Source of the DNA: an uncultured Zetaproteobacteria bacterium
Lineage (GTDB): Bacteria > Pseudomonadota > Zetaproteobacteria > Mariprofundales > Mariprofundaceae
DNA length: 35,343 bases
NCBI GenBank assembly: GCA_964505995.1
Contig: CAZDLB010000003.1
Span: 1,735 to 37,077 of the forward strand
Direction of reading: 5' to 3'
How positions within the stretch are numbered: the first letter of the stretch is position 1; each line of letters opens with the position of its first letter. Under the pieces are notes generated by a model. It made no database searches. It saw only the letters and a program-made list of their open reading frames with translations, and was not told the origin of the DNA. Position numbers and translations under genes: made by a program. Shown one piece after another: positions 1 to 9,069 of this stretch.

Positions 1-538
1 CCGGGGTGATCGGCGCGGCCTTGGGCGACGGGGTCGCGGCAGCCGCCTGCTTCGCGGGCTTCTGGGCTGTAGCCGGTTTCGCTGGGGCCGGCTTCGCAGG
101 CTTCTGGGCTGCAGCCGGTTTCGCGGGCTTTGGAGCGGCGGCCGGTTTCGCTGGGACCGGCTTCGCGGGCTTCTGGGCGGCGGCCGGCTTCGCAGGCTGC
201 GCTCCCTGTGCCGGCTTCGCGGTGGGCTTCGGCCCCGGGGTCTGCGGTGCTGTGGCTTTCCGGGCCGGCGGCGGGGTGGCGGGCTGCTCGGGCGTAGCCT
301 GGGTTGTAAAGCGGACCGTGGATTCGAAATCGGTCACGCCCTGTTCCTCCGGGGTCGGCTGCGAAGCGGGCTGCTGTTTCTCGGGCTTGCGAGTGATCGG
401 GTTGAGGATCACGGTGCGTTCCAGCTCTTCGGGCGAGGGCGTATGCGTAAAGCCCATCGTCTTGCTGAAGAGTTCAGCCTCCACCCTGCGGCGTCGTTCT
501 TCTTCCTTTTCCCTGTCTTCCTTGTCAGCCATGGCCAT
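1..538 (-). CDS. Partial CDS (C-terminus runs off the window start): hypothetical protein with a charged N-terminus and a KPA-rich tandem-repeat tail. The resemblance to AlgP/histone-H1 is in composition only.
   Basis: Manual reverse-complement translation from ATG at 538 (second in-frame ATG at 532, 6 nt after GGAGG): MAMADKEDREKEEERRRRVEAELFSKTMGF...PAKPAAAQKPAKPVPAKPAAAPKPAKPAAAQKPAKPAPAKPATAQKPAKQAAAATPSPKAAPITP. It stays open to position 2. It is absent from the ORF track because there is no stop in the window. The plus-strand ORF 6..554 is its G/A/F-rich antisense shadow. Confidence 0.5.
   Translation of the reverse strand, partial: MAMADKEDREKEEERRRRVEAELFSKTMGFTHTPSPEELERTVILNPITRKPEKQQPASQPTPEEQGVTDFESTVRFTTQATPEQPATPPPARKATAPQTPGPKPTAKPAQGAQPAKPAAAQKPAKPVPAKPAAAPKPAKPAAAQKPAKPAPAKPATAQKPAKQAAAATPSPKAAPITP
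49..200. repeat. Imperfect tandem DNA repeat (about 42-nt unit with shorter sub-units) inside the KPA-repeat coding region.
   Basis: gcttcgcRggcttctgggcNNNagccggYttcgc recurs at 49, 91 and 160. The sub-unit gccggtttcgc recurs in between. The array encodes the (A/P)AKPA peptide repeats on the minus strand. Confidence 0.7.
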
Positions 539-590
539 CCTCCGGATCCAATAGCGCTAGCTTAGACCAGTTTTTTCTTCCTTGCGACCG

Positions 591-1250
591 TCAATCCCCG
601 TTGCGCGCGGTGAAACGGATCGGGCCATAGCAGGCGCTGGCCCGGGCACCGGTATTGTCCGTGTCGGTCATGATGGCCACGGCATCGATGCGATGGAAAT
701 CGCGCCCGAAATAGCGCTGGAGGTCTTTGCGGATGTTGCGCCGGTAATGTCGCCACTGACCGGCATGCGCCGGGCCGCTTTCGACGGCCAGCATCGCGGA
801 GTTTTCCGTAAACGGGTTCGGCCACAGGGCCTCAGGCGGTTCATGGGCTGCCCAGACATAGTTGATGGCGCGGGTGTTCCAGAAGAACAGGCCGCCGGAG
901 ATGATCAGGTAGATGCGCGCGGCAAAGTCGTCTCCGGAGCGGGTTCGCTCGGTTGCATGTTCAAGCGGCTCCGGCACCCACCAGCTCCATTCGAGCATCG
1001 GCGTTCGCTCAAGATCAATATGGACCTTCCGAAACAGGCCCGAGGCGCTGGCATGGCTGTCGGCGCGCACGCATGGCACGCCCTCGATGCGATCGGGGCG
1101 GTAACGGGTCTGACCGTGAAAGCCTTGGTCATGCCAGCGCACTAGCCCGCCGGCATCGGCCGGCAGGAGATTTTCCGTGGCGTCTGCCGATGTTGCGGCC
1201 ACCGCGACGCAGGCGGCCATGAGCATGCCGTTCAGCCGGCGTCTGGCCAC
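591..1250 (-). CDS. Secreted DUF3047-family protein.
   Basis: 219-aa ORF with an N-terminal signal-like segment (MLMAACVAVAATSADA). Blocks SASGLFRKVHIDLERTPMLEWSWWV, GDDFAARIYL, NYVWA and AIMTDTDNTGA match my recollection of DUF3047. Confidence 0.7.
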   Translation of the reverse strand: MARRRLNGMLMAACVAVAATSADATENLLPADAGGLVRWHDQGFHGQTRYRPDRIEGVPCVRADSHASASGLFRKVHIDLERTPMLEWSWWVPEPLEHATERTRSGDDFAARIYLIISGGLFFWNTRAINYVWAAHEPPEALWPNPFTENSAMLAVESGPAHAGQWRHYRRNIRKDLQRYFGRDFHRIDAVAIMTDTDNTGARASACYGPIRFTARNGD

Positions 1251-1276
1251 CCGGCCGGCTGCATGGCGCGCGATGA

Positions 1277-1618
1277 TCAGGCGCCCGAGTCGCTGGACTT
1301 GCCGCCGTACACCGGCACCGGGAACGGGGCGACATTCGAGGCCTCGCCGGCCTCATGCACGCGCGCCACGCCACGCTTTTCGACCTCGTCGATGCGCAGG
1401 ATGCTGTGCATCGGGATGTGGGTGCGTCGCACGCCGGCAAACTCGTTCTTCAGGCTTTCCTCCGAGGGGTCCAGCACGAGCGAGGACTTTTCGCCGAATG
1501 CCAGCTCGGCGACCTCGACGAAGCCGAGCATGCCGGAGGCCCCGACGCTGTGGGCATAGATCTCGTAAATCTTCCCCTGGTTCATGAAGCTGATGCGGTA
1601 GATGCGTTTCTTGCCCAT
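1277..1618 (-). CDS. DUF1820-family small protein.
   Basis: 113-aa ORF. IYRISFMNQGKIYEIYAHSV...GFVEVAELAFGEKSSLVLDPSEESLKNEF is the typical DUF1820 core. Confidence 0.7.
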   Translation of the reverse strand: MGKKRIYRISFMNQGKIYEIYAHSVGASGMLGFVEVAELAFGEKSSLVLDPSEESLKNEFAGVRRTHIPMHSILRIDEVEKRGVARVHEAGEASNVAPFPVPVYGGKSSDSGA

Positions 1619-1740
1619 GCGCGCAGCCTAGCAGCAAGCAGGCCCGGGATGAACCGGCCGGCAAGCCAGGGCCGGGATGCCGACCCCGCTGTCCCCGTCG
1701 CAGATTTATCATGAGTCCGGCAGACTGCTAGCCTTGGCGC

Positions 1741-2559
1741 ATGCCGGTTGAGGAACAGAAAGCGGATCGCGGTCACGGTGTCATCGGCGTCTTCGATTCC
1801 GGTGTCGGCGGGCTGTCGGTGCTGCGTCACATCCGGGCGCGATTGCCGGCCGAGGATCTGCTGTATCTGGCCGATGCGGCGTTTCTTCCCTACGGCGGCC
1901 GCGATGAGGAGGTGCTGCGGCAACGCTGTCTCGCGATCGGGGAATTCCTGGCCGGGCAGGGGGCCAAGGCGCTGGTCGTGGCCTGCAACACCGCGACGGC
2001 GGCCGGTGTCGAGGCGCTTCGGGAGCGGCTGGATCTGCCGATCATCGGCATGGAGCCCGCGATCAAGCCGGCCGCGCAGGGCAGCCTTCGCGGTGTCGTC
2101 GGGGTGCTGGCGACGCATTCAACGCTTTCCAGCCGGCGCTTTGCCCGGCTGATGCAGCGCTTCACCGAGCATGCCGATTTCGTGCTGCAGCCCTGTCCGG
2201 GGCTTGTGGAACTCATCGAGGAGGGCGAGTCCGAATCCCCGAAGCTGCATGATCTGCTGCGAGGTTTCCTCGAGCCGGTGCTCGCGCGCGGCGCGGATAC
2301 GATCGTGCTTGGCTGCACGCATTATCCGTTCGTGATTCCGCTGATCCGCCAGATCGTCGGTCCGGACATCGGTATCCTGGATACGGGAGAGGCTGTCGCG
2401 CGCGAACTTGAACGACAGCTGGGAATGCATGGGCTTGCGCGGCGCGGGGGCAGGGGAAGCGCACGCTTCCTGAGCACGAAGCTGGGCGCGGACAGCCGCG
2501 AGGTGTTTTCGAGGTTCTGGGGATCTCCGGTCGAACCGGAACTCGTCAGGCTTCCGTAA
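1741..2559 (+). CDS. murI: Glutamate racemase.
   Basis: 272-aa ORF with the motifs GVFDSGVGGLSVL, VVACNTATA and LGCTHYP. The two catalytic Cys are in their characteristic contexts. Confidence 0.9.
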   Translation: MPVEEQKADRGHGVIGVFDSGVGGLSVLRHIRARLPAEDLLYLADAAFLPYGGRDEEVLRQRCLAIGEFLAGQGAKALVVACNTATAAGVEALRERLDLPIIGMEPAIKPAAQGSLRGVVGVLATHSTLSSRRFARLMQRFTEHADFVLQPCPGLVELIEEGESESPKLHDLLRGFLEPVLARGADTIVLGCTHYPFVIPLIRQIVGPDIGILDTGEAVARELERQLGMHGLARRGGRGSARFLSTKLGADSREVFSRFWGSPVEPELVRLP

Positions 2560-2562
2560 GAC

Positions 2563-2943
2563 TCAGGCGTCGGGCCAGAACACGACCCTGGCGGTGCAGG
2601 TTTCGGCGATCTCCACGCGGGATACCCGGATGCGATCATCATTCAGCCGCTGCTGCATCCGCTCGCAGAGCACGCGCGCGACATTCTCGCTCGTCGGGTT
2701 GATCGTATCGAACGGCGGAATGTCGTTGAGATGGTAGTGATCCCAGTCATCCAGCGCCGCCTTGAGTTCACGCTTGATGATCTTGTAGTCCACGCCCATG
2801 CCGAGCGCATCGAGCTCGGAACATTCGACATACAGCTTCACATGCCAGTTGTGTCCGTGCAGTCGGGCACAGTCGCCGTCATAGCCGCGCAGCTGATGGG
2901 CGGCCGAGAAATGCGTCTCGATGGACAGCTCGTAGCGCGGCAT
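2563..2943 (-). CDS. queD: 6-carboxy-5,6,7,8-tetrahydropterin synthase (6-pyruvoyl-tetrahydropterin synthase family), queuosine biosynthesis.
   Basis: Internal Met of ORF 2563..3198: MPRYELSIETHFSAAHQLRGYDGDCARLHGHNWHV... (126 aa), which is the QueD/PTPS His-motif pattern. The ATG at 2941-2943 overlaps the TGA of the upstream gene (TGATG). Confidence 0.85.
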   Translation of the reverse strand: MPRYELSIETHFSAAHQLRGYDGDCARLHGHNWHVKLYVECSELDALGMGVDYKIIKRELKAALDDWDHYHLNDIPPFDTINPTSENVARVLCERMQQRLNDDRIRVSRVEIAETCTARVVFWPDA

Positions 2944-3332
2944 CAGTTGCGCGCGCCCGGAAGCAGCATCGCGATCGTCACGCGCCGGCCCTCGCCGATC
3001 AGGATGTTGTAGGTGCGCGCGGCGGCGCGGGAATCCATGCATTCGAAGCCCATCGGCTGCTGCTGAAGCCAGGCCAGCACCTCGGCCGAAGGAAAGGCCG
3101 TCAGGCGACCCGTGCCGAGGATCAGCACCTCGGGCGGCTGCTCGGCAATCGGCTGGAGATGTTCGATGCCCAGATCGCGCAGCCGGGTCGGCCCCCAAGG
3201 CTCGGTCAGCTTCCCCTGATGCAGGCAGATGCCATGGGGATAGCGATGCTGGTTGATGCCGATCCAGGCCTCGTCATAGCCGCTGAACAGCAGCGTTCCG
3301 GCCTCCATCCGCGGGCTGATATCCCCCTTCAT
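2943..3332 (-). CDS. Mth938-domain (DUF498, NDUFAF3-like) protein of unknown bacterial function.
   Basis: 129-aa ORF. PEVLILGTGRLTAFPSAEVLAWLQQQPMGFECMDSRAAARTYNILIGEGRRV is the hallmark Mth938/Xcc1710-type core. Confidence 0.7.
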   Translation of the reverse strand: MKGDISPRMEAGTLLFSGYDEAWIGINQHRYPHGICLHQGKLTEPWGPTRLRDLGIEHLQPIAEQPPEVLILGTGRLTAFPSAEVLAWLQQQPMGFECMDSRAAARTYNILIGEGRRVTIAMLLPGARN

Positions 3333-3350
3333 GGGTCTAAGCGGACGCCC

Positions 3351-4295
3351 TTACGGGCGCGCCTCCAGCTCCTTGAGTTCCTCGTCGCTGCTCTTGAAGC
3401 GGCCGGCCAGCGACAGCATGATCGGGCTGGCCACGTAGATCGAGGAGTAGGTACCGACGAGGATGCCGGCAATCAGCGCAAAGGCGAAATCGTGGATCAC
3501 CTCGCCGCCCAGCAGGAACAGCGCGACGACGACGAGCAGTGTGGTCAGTGAGGTCATCAGCGTGCGCGCCAGCGTCTGGTTGATCGAGCTGTTGACAACG
3601 GTGATCTCATCCTCCGGGGTCTTGCGCTTGCGGTTGGCGGCGAAGTTTTCGCGGATGCGGTCGAAGACGACGATGGTGTCGTTCAGCGAATAGCCGATCA
3701 CGGTCAGCAGCGCGGCGATGACCGGCAGCGTGAACTCCTTGCCGGTCAGCGAAAACAGGCCGAGTACGATGGTGATGTCGTGCAGCAGCGCCGCATCGGC
3801 GCCGAGCGCGAAGCGGAATTCAAAGCGGAACGTGACATAGAGCAGAATCGCGACCATCGCGATGAGCACGGCCAGGATGCCGGCGCGCGTCAGCTCCTTG
3901 CCGACCTGCGGGCCGACGTATTCGACGCGGCGCATCTCCACGGCCTCGGCGGAAAACTTGTCCTTCAGACCATCGAGGATCGCGGTGCTGATCGTCGAGG
4001 ATTTCTCGCCTTCCCTGTTCTGCACGCGGATCAGGATCTCCTCGGGCGAACCGAACTCCTGGATGACCGCGTTGCCGTATCCCTTCGGCGAGATCGCCGC
4101 GCGCACATCGGCGATCTTCGGCGCCTGCGTAAACTTCACCTCGACGAGCGTGCCGCCGGTGAAGTCGATGCCGAAGTTCAGCCCCTTCACGGCCAGAAGG
4201 GCCAGCGAGGCGATGATCATCAGCGCGGAGAGGCCCAGCGCGATCTTGCGCTTGCCGATGAAGTCGATGTTGATGTCCGGTCGAATCAGTTGCAT
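3351..4295 (-). CDS. secF: Protein translocase subunit SecF.
   Basis: 314-aa ORF. It has the N-terminal FIGKRKIALGLSALMI...GLNFGIDFTGGT and the multi-TM C-terminal half typical of SecF. It follows secD by 10 nt. Confidence 0.9.
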   Translation of the reverse strand: MQLIRPDINIDFIGKRKIALGLSALMIIASLALLAVKGLNFGIDFTGGTLVEVKFTQAPKIADVRAAISPKGYGNAVIQEFGSPEEILIRVQNREGEKSSTISTAILDGLKDKFSAEAVEMRRVEYVGPQVGKELTRAGILAVLIAMVAILLYVTFRFEFRFALGADAALLHDITIVLGLFSLTGKEFTLPVIAALLTVIGYSLNDTIVVFDRIRENFAANRKRKTPEDEITVVNSSINQTLARTLMTSLTTLLVVVALFLLGGEVIHDFAFALIAGILVGTYSSIYVASPIMLSLAGRFKSSDEELKELEARP

Positions 4296-4305
4296 GGCAT
4301 TATCC

Positions 4306-5886
4306 TCAGATGCTCAGTTTCTCGATGCGGCCCTTGCGCTCGGTGGCGGCGGCAACGATGGCGCGGGTGACCGTGATGGCGGTGAACATCGAGGCCAGGA
4401 TGCCGACGGACAGCGTGACCGCGAAGCCCTTGACCGGGCCGGAGCCGAACTGGAAGAGCACGATCGCGGCAATCAGCGTCGTGATGTTGGCATCGACAAT
4501 CGTGGAAAGGGCCTTGTCATAGCCGCCGTCAATCGCCGCCAGCGGCGTCTTGCCCAGATGCAGTTCCTCGCGGATACGCTCGAAGATCAGCACGTTCGCA
4601 TCCACGGCCATACCGATCGTCAGCACGATGCCGGCGATGCCCGGCAGCGTCAGTGTCGCGCCGATCATGCTCATCGCCGCGACGATCAGCAGCATGTTGA
4701 AGATCAGCGCCACATTGGCGACGAGGCCGAAGAGCCTGTAGTACACGGCCATGAAGATCAGCACCAGGATGGCGCCGATGATAATCGACTTCAGGCCCTG
4801 GTCGATCGAGTCCTGACCCAGGCTCGGGCCGATCGAACGCTCCTCGACGACCTTGACCGGCGCGGGCAGGGCGCCGGCGCGCAGCACGATCGCGAGATCA
4901 TGCGCCTCCTTCGGCGTGAAGCTGCCGGTGATCTGGGCCGTGCCACCGGCGATGCGTTCGCGGATGACCGGGGCCGAGTTGACGACGCCCTCGAGGATGA
5001 TCGCGAAGCGCTCGCCGACATGGGCGGCGGTCAGCTTGTCGAACTTGCGCGCGCCCTTGGAATTGAACTTCAGCGTCACCGCGTATTCGTTGAAGCGCGA
5101 GTCGATCGAGACGCGGGCATCGGCGATCTCGGTGCCGGAAAGCTCGGTGCGCTTCTTCAGCAGGTAGGGCTGGGCGGAGGAGGGATCACCCTTCACGCGC
5201 GGCGGACCGTACATGATGATGTCGCCCGGTGGAATCTGGCCGTTGAGCGCCTTCTGCAGATCGCCCTTCTCGTCCACCAGCTTGAACTCGAGCTGCGCGG
5301 TGCGGCCGATCAGCTCCTTCGCGTGTGCCGTGTCCTCATAGCCCGGAATCTGGACCAGGATGCGGCGGCTTCCCTGCTTGACGATGACGGGCTCGGTCGT
5401 GCCCAGTGCGTCGATGCGGCCGCGGATGACCTCGATGGCCTGATCCACCGCGAACTTGCGGGTCTCCTCGGCGACCTCGTCCTTCAGCGTCAGCGTGATG
5501 ACATTGCCGGCCACAGGCCCGAGGTTGTAGTTGCGGAACTCTTCCCGCAGCAGCTTCTCGGCCGCGGCCACGTCCTCGGCCTTCTTGATCGTCAGCTTCA
5601 GGCTCATGCCATCGGCGGCCAGCTTGCGATAGCGGATCTTCGCCTTGCGCAGCACCTGGCGTGCCGTGTCGATGTCCTCCTCGACGCTGCGCTCCACGGC
5701 CTTGTCCACATCCACGTCCAGCACCAGATGCACGCCGCCCTTCAGATCCAGACCCAGGCTCAGCGGCTGGCTGAAGGATGCCGGCCACCACGAGGGCGGG
5801 GTCATGATGTTTGGCAGCGAGGCCATGGCCGAGATGATGAGCACGACGGCGATCAGCCAGTATTTCCAGCGGGGATAGCTATGCAT
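4306..5886 (-). CDS. secD: Protein translocase subunit SecD.
   Basis: 526-aa ORF containing LGLDLKGGVHLVLDVD, a periplasmic domain, then a C-terminal TM bundle (GIAGIVLTIGMAVDANVLIFERIREE). Confidence 0.9.
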   Translation of the reverse strand: MHSYPRWKYWLIAVVLIISAMASLPNIMTPPSWWPASFSQPLSLGLDLKGGVHLVLDVDVDKAVERSVEEDIDTARQVLRKAKIRYRKLAADGMSLKLTIKKAEDVAAAEKLLREEFRNYNLGPVAGNVITLTLKDEVAEETRKFAVDQAIEVIRGRIDALGTTEPVIVKQGSRRILVQIPGYEDTAHAKELIGRTAQLEFKLVDEKGDLQKALNGQIPPGDIIMYGPPRVKGDPSSAQPYLLKKRTELSGTEIADARVSIDSRFNEYAVTLKFNSKGARKFDKLTAAHVGERFAIILEGVVNSAPVIRERIAGGTAQITGSFTPKEAHDLAIVLRAGALPAPVKVVEERSIGPSLGQDSIDQGLKSIIIGAILVLIFMAVYYRLFGLVANVALIFNMLLIVAAMSMIGATLTLPGIAGIVLTIGMAVDANVLIFERIREELHLGKTPLAAIDGGYDKALSTIVDANITTLIAAIVLFQFGSGPVKGFAVTLSVGILASMFTAITVTRAIVAAATERKGRIEKLSI

Positions 5887-5926
5887 GAATCCGTTCCTTG
5901 GTTGGTTTCGTTGAATCCTGTGGCGC

Positions 5927-6274
5927 TCAGTCGGCCAGTCCGACGACGGTATCGCGCTTGACCTTCACGCGCACGCCATCGGCGATCTCGACCTTGAGGA
6001 AGTCATCCTTGACGTCGGTCACGGTGCCGTAGAAGCCGCCACCGGTGATGATCTTGTCGCCCTTCTTCAGCGCCTCGATCACGGCGCGATGCTCCTTGAT
6101 GCGCTTCTGCTGCGGCCGGATGAGCAGGAAATAGAAGATCACCATGATCAGGATCAGCGGCACGAACGAGGCGAAGCCGCCGGCCTGCTGCGCGCCCTCG
6201 GCGAAGGCGGGCGTGATCACGGCCATGGATGCGGCGATGGCGCTCAGCGAATGGGAAAGCATGGATTTGGACAT
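5927..6274 (-). CDS. yajC: Preprotein translocase subunit YajC.
   Basis: FVPLILIMVIFYFLLIRPQQKRIKEHRAVIEALKKGDKIITGGGFYGTV is the YajC signature. The start is placed at the internal ATG 6274 (MSKSM...), which has AGGAG 10 nt upstream. The track ORF starts at 6298. Confidence 0.85.
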   Translation of the reverse strand: MSKSMLSHSLSAIAASMAVITPAFAEGAQQAGGFASFVPLILIMVIFYFLLIRPQQKRIKEHRAVIEALKKGDKIITGGGFYGTVTDVKDDFLKVEIADGVRVKVKRDTVVGLAD

Positions 6275-6307
6275 GGTTGACAGACTCCTGAAATGCAAGC
6301 GCGGCGA

Positions 6308-7432
6308 TTATGCTTCGCCGCGATAGCGTTGTAAAAACTGATCACGGAATTCGGGCCATCGGCCCTGCTCCAGCGCAAGGCGGGCCCGTTGCATGAGCCC
6401 GCAATAGTAGTGAAGATTGTGCAAGGTATTCAACCTCGAACTTAGAATCTCCTTCGCCATGTACAGATGGCGCAGATAGGCGCGCGAGAAATGGCGGCAG
6501 GTATAGCATGTGCACCCGTCCATGATCGGGCGCGGATCCTCGGCATGGCTCTGGTTCTTGATGTTCAGCCTGCCGTCGTCGGTGAACAGCGTGCCGTTTC
6601 TCGCATTGCGTGTCGGCATGACGCAGTCGAACATGTCGATACCGCGATCGATGCCCTCGATCAGATCATCGGGCGTGCCGACCCCCATCACATAGTGCGG
6701 CTTGTCCTCAGGCAGGTGCGGCGCCAGCGCATCGAGCATGGCCAGCATCTCTTCCTTGGGCTCGCCGACCGACAGGCCGCCGATGGCGATGCCTTCGAAA
6801 CCGATGGCCAGAATCGCCTCCAGGCTCTCCAGTCGCAGATCGGGATACATCCCGCCCTGCACGATGCCGAACAGCGCCTGGCGATCGTTGACCGGCAGAT
6901 GTTCGCGGCATTCGGCCGCCCAGCGCATCGACAGCCGCATCGAATCGCTGGCCTGGTCCTTCGTGGCCGGGTAGGGCGTGCATTCGTCGAAGGCCATGAC
7001 GATGTCGGAGCCCAGCTGCCGCTGGATTCGCATGCTTTCCTTCGGGCCCAGGAAGACCTCGGCGCCGTCGATGTGCGAGCGAAAGCGCACGCCGTGTTCC
7101 TCGATCCTGCGCAGATCGCCCAGCGACCAGACCTGAAAGCCGCCGGAATCGGTCAGGATCGGCCGCTCCCAGGCCATGAAGCGGTGCAGGCCACCCATGC
7201 GCTCGATCAGGTCTGCACCGGGCCTGAGCATCAGATGATAGGTGTTGCCGAGGATGATCTGGGCGCCGATGTCATCGGTCAGGTCCGCGGGGGTCATCGC
7301 CTTGACCGTGGCCTGCGTGCCGACCGGCATGAACACCGGGGTTTCGACCACCCCGTGCGGCAGCGTCAGGCGGCCCCGCCGGGCAAAACCGGAAGGGTCG
7401 CGATGCAGGACTTCAAAGCGGGCGGCGGACAT
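6308..7432 (-). CDS. tgt: tRNA-guanine transglycosylase (queuine tRNA-ribosyltransferase).
   Basis: 374-aa ORF with [34 protein letters not shown] and the Zn site CTCYTC...H. It sits in the canonical tgt-yajC-secDF order. Confidence 0.95.
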   Translation of the reverse strand: MSAARFEVLHRDPSGFARRGRLTLPHGVVETPVFMPVGTQATVKAMTPADLTDDIGAQIILGNTYHLMLRPGADLIERMGGLHRFMAWERPILTDSGGFQVWSLGDLRRIEEHGVRFRSHIDGAEVFLGPKESMRIQRQLGSDIVMAFDECTPYPATKDQASDSMRLSMRWAAECREHLPVNDRQALFGIVQGGMYPDLRLESLEAILAIGFEGIAIGGLSVGEPKEEMLAMLDALAPHLPEDKPHYVMGVGTPDDLIEGIDRGIDMFDCVMPTRNARNGTLFTDDGRLNIKNQSHAEDPRPIMDGCTCYTCRHFSRAYLRHLYMAKEILSSRLNTLHNLHYYCGLMQRARLALEQGRWPEFRDQFLQRYRGEA

Positions 7433-7561
7433 GGCGGCGCAGCCTGCCGGTGTCCTTCCCGGTCAGCAAGCCCGGGCGATTTGATCAAGGTGGCATCACA
7501 TGTTTGAATCTGTATTGGGGAAGGTAAAACTAGGACATGAATTGAGGAGCCGTGTATTGCT

Positions 7562-8983
7562 ATGATGGAGACAAGGGGGCAATCGTGGTGGACAGAGCGC
7601 ATGATGCTGGCTTTTCGACGTGTCCTGTTGGCAAGCCATGTGGCTATCGACTCCGATAGTTGTCGGTTATGGGCTATTTCGCAACTGGGCAGATTGCGGA
7701 AGGAATTTTTCTTTCTTCTGGGTTTGGTTTTGCTTCTCGCTGGATGTGGTCCTACTACACAAGAAGCATTTGTGCGCAACCTGGAGTCACAGCCTGCAAA
7801 GCATTCGGAGTTGGCCACGTTGCCCTTTCAGCCCTTCCATATTGGCGACCATCAGGAATTTATCGCTGATGATCTCGAAATCGGGCAGTTTGCATGGGGT
7901 AAATCGCATTTCCTGGCTCTGCGACTACCTGAATCTACCGAGCCCTATTACGTAGTCGTCAAGAGCTTCATGGTCTCACCGTCCAAGAGTTTCAGATATG
8001 GCATGGTCCGGGGAGGTGATATCAAGGATCCATGGGTGTTTTTTCCTTATGTTGTTCTTCTGGACAAGGACATGAACATCATTCAGCGGAGTAGAATCAA
8101 TGATTTCCAAGTCAATTCCAATATGCGCTACTTACCGCTTCAGGGTTTTACAGGCCGTTCATGGCTGCAGGGAGCTTTCCGTATCAACCCATTGGCAAGA
8201 GCGAAGCCTCATTACTTGGTTATCTCGACGAGACCCGGAGCGGTGGGAAAGATCGGCGTGATTCCTACGCGCTTTTGGCCATTTGACGCATTTGCTGTTT
8301 GGCCAACTGGGGTTCCCTCCCTTGAGCCTCGTGAGTCATCTTCGGAAGTTCAGGGGGTGGCCCTGCACTATGGCAATATCGGTGAGCTACAGATCCAAGC
8401 CATGTATCCCAGTGACTTGTTGCGCACGGCCTTGGGCAAGAAAACGGCGCGGTACAAAAAGCTCCCAGAAGCCGTTCCCGGCAAGCTTTACCAGGTAAAA
8501 GGGCTTCGTGTAAGGGCACCTGACGCATCGGGTTATCTGGTTGAAGACCGCTCATCTCATCACGATGCCAACCTGATGTTTCTGAAAGATCTTCCATCCG
8601 GCCGCGGGAATGTGACCATGTTTGCTCAGCTTTACCAACCCGGTCAGATGTTTGTCGACAACCTCCAGTTGCTGGCCGAGTTTGCCATCCCGGAGCTTCA
8701 GGCTCTGTTTGCCGAGCTGAATTATAAGGTTGTGGATGTTCCTCTGCTGGATACCACTTGTAGACGGATTAATTTTACCGGCAAGGGGCGGGCCGTGTTC
8801 CTGGCCCCAGTGCGTGGCTACGATATTCATTGTCTTGTTTCCGGACCTGGCGGACAGATCAGGGCAGTGCGTATCGGAGGCAATTATACGGTCAATCCCG
8901 AATACTCCTTGCCAGATCGACTTCCTGAAGATATGAAGGGTTTTGTCAATGGTGTTTCTTTCGATGTTTCTTCGATGCGATAG
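7562..8983 (+). CDS. Orphan lipoprotein in a low-GC island. The N-terminal part possibly resembles the MalM family. The C-terminal half is unrecognised.
   Basis: 473-aa ORF in DNA that is clearly more AT-rich than its flanks. It has a lipoprotein signal, (L)RKEFFFLLGLVLLLAG|C. The most sensible start is TTG at 7694, giving MRKEFFF...LAGC. The segment LALRLPESTEPYYVVVKSFMV...VFFPYVVLLDKDMNIIQ recalls MalM-type periplasmic proteins, but this is a weak call from memory only. Confidence 0.7.
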   Translation: MMETRGQSWWTERMMLAFRRVLLASHVAIDSDSCRLWAISQLGRLRKEFFFLLGLVLLLAGCGPTTQEAFVRNLESQPAKHSELATLPFQPFHIGDHQEFIADDLEIGQFAWGKSHFLALRLPESTEPYYVVVKSFMVSPSKSFRYGMVRGGDIKDPWVFFPYVVLLDKDMNIIQRSRINDFQVNSNMRYLPLQGFTGRSWLQGAFRINPLARAKPHYLVISTRPGAVGKIGVIPTRFWPFDAFAVWPTGVPSLEPRESSSEVQGVALHYGNIGELQIQAMYPSDLLRTALGKKTARYKKLPEAVPGKLYQVKGLRVRAPDASGYLVEDRSSHHDANLMFLKDLPSGRGNVTMFAQLYQPGQMFVDNLQLLAEFAIPELQALFAELNYKVVDVPLLDTTCRRINFTGKGRAVFLAPVRGYDIHCLVSGPGGQIRAVRIGGNYTVNPEYSLPDRLPEDMKGFVNGVSFDVSSMR

Positions 8984-9069
8984 CATCCATGTAAGCCATA
9001 AATGCATCTATTGATAGAGCTACCAAAATTTGCCGCACGCGCCAGTAAATTAGCCTCAAAAGCCTATGC

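Noticed and set aside
6-554. 182-aa plus-strand ORF (MIGAALGDGVAAAACFAGFWAV...).
   Set aside because: Its Gly/Ala/Phe-rich repetitive translation is the antisense reading of the KPA-repeat gene. The minus-strand frame has a GGAGG-ATG start and a more protein-like sequence.
3862-5961. 699-aa plus-strand ORF covering secF and secD in antisense.
   Set aside because: This is a typical high-GC shadow ORF. It is rich in Arg, Asp, Gly, His and Ala, with no recognisable motifs. The opposite strand encodes unambiguous SecD and SecF.
7660-7869. 69-aa alternative-frame ORF (MSVMGYFATGQ...) at the 5' end of the island gene.
   Set aside because: It overlaps the lipoprotein signal-peptide region in another frame. 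The lipobox frame continues for more than 1.2 kb, so it is the coding frame.
8552-9007. 151-aa minus-strand ORF inside the low-GC island, antisense to the 3' end of the lipoprotein gene.
   Set aside because: It is almost entirely overlapped by the much longer 473-aa ORF and has no signal, motif or obvious RBS. I keep it in mind only because long antisense ORFs are less expected in AT-richer DNA.
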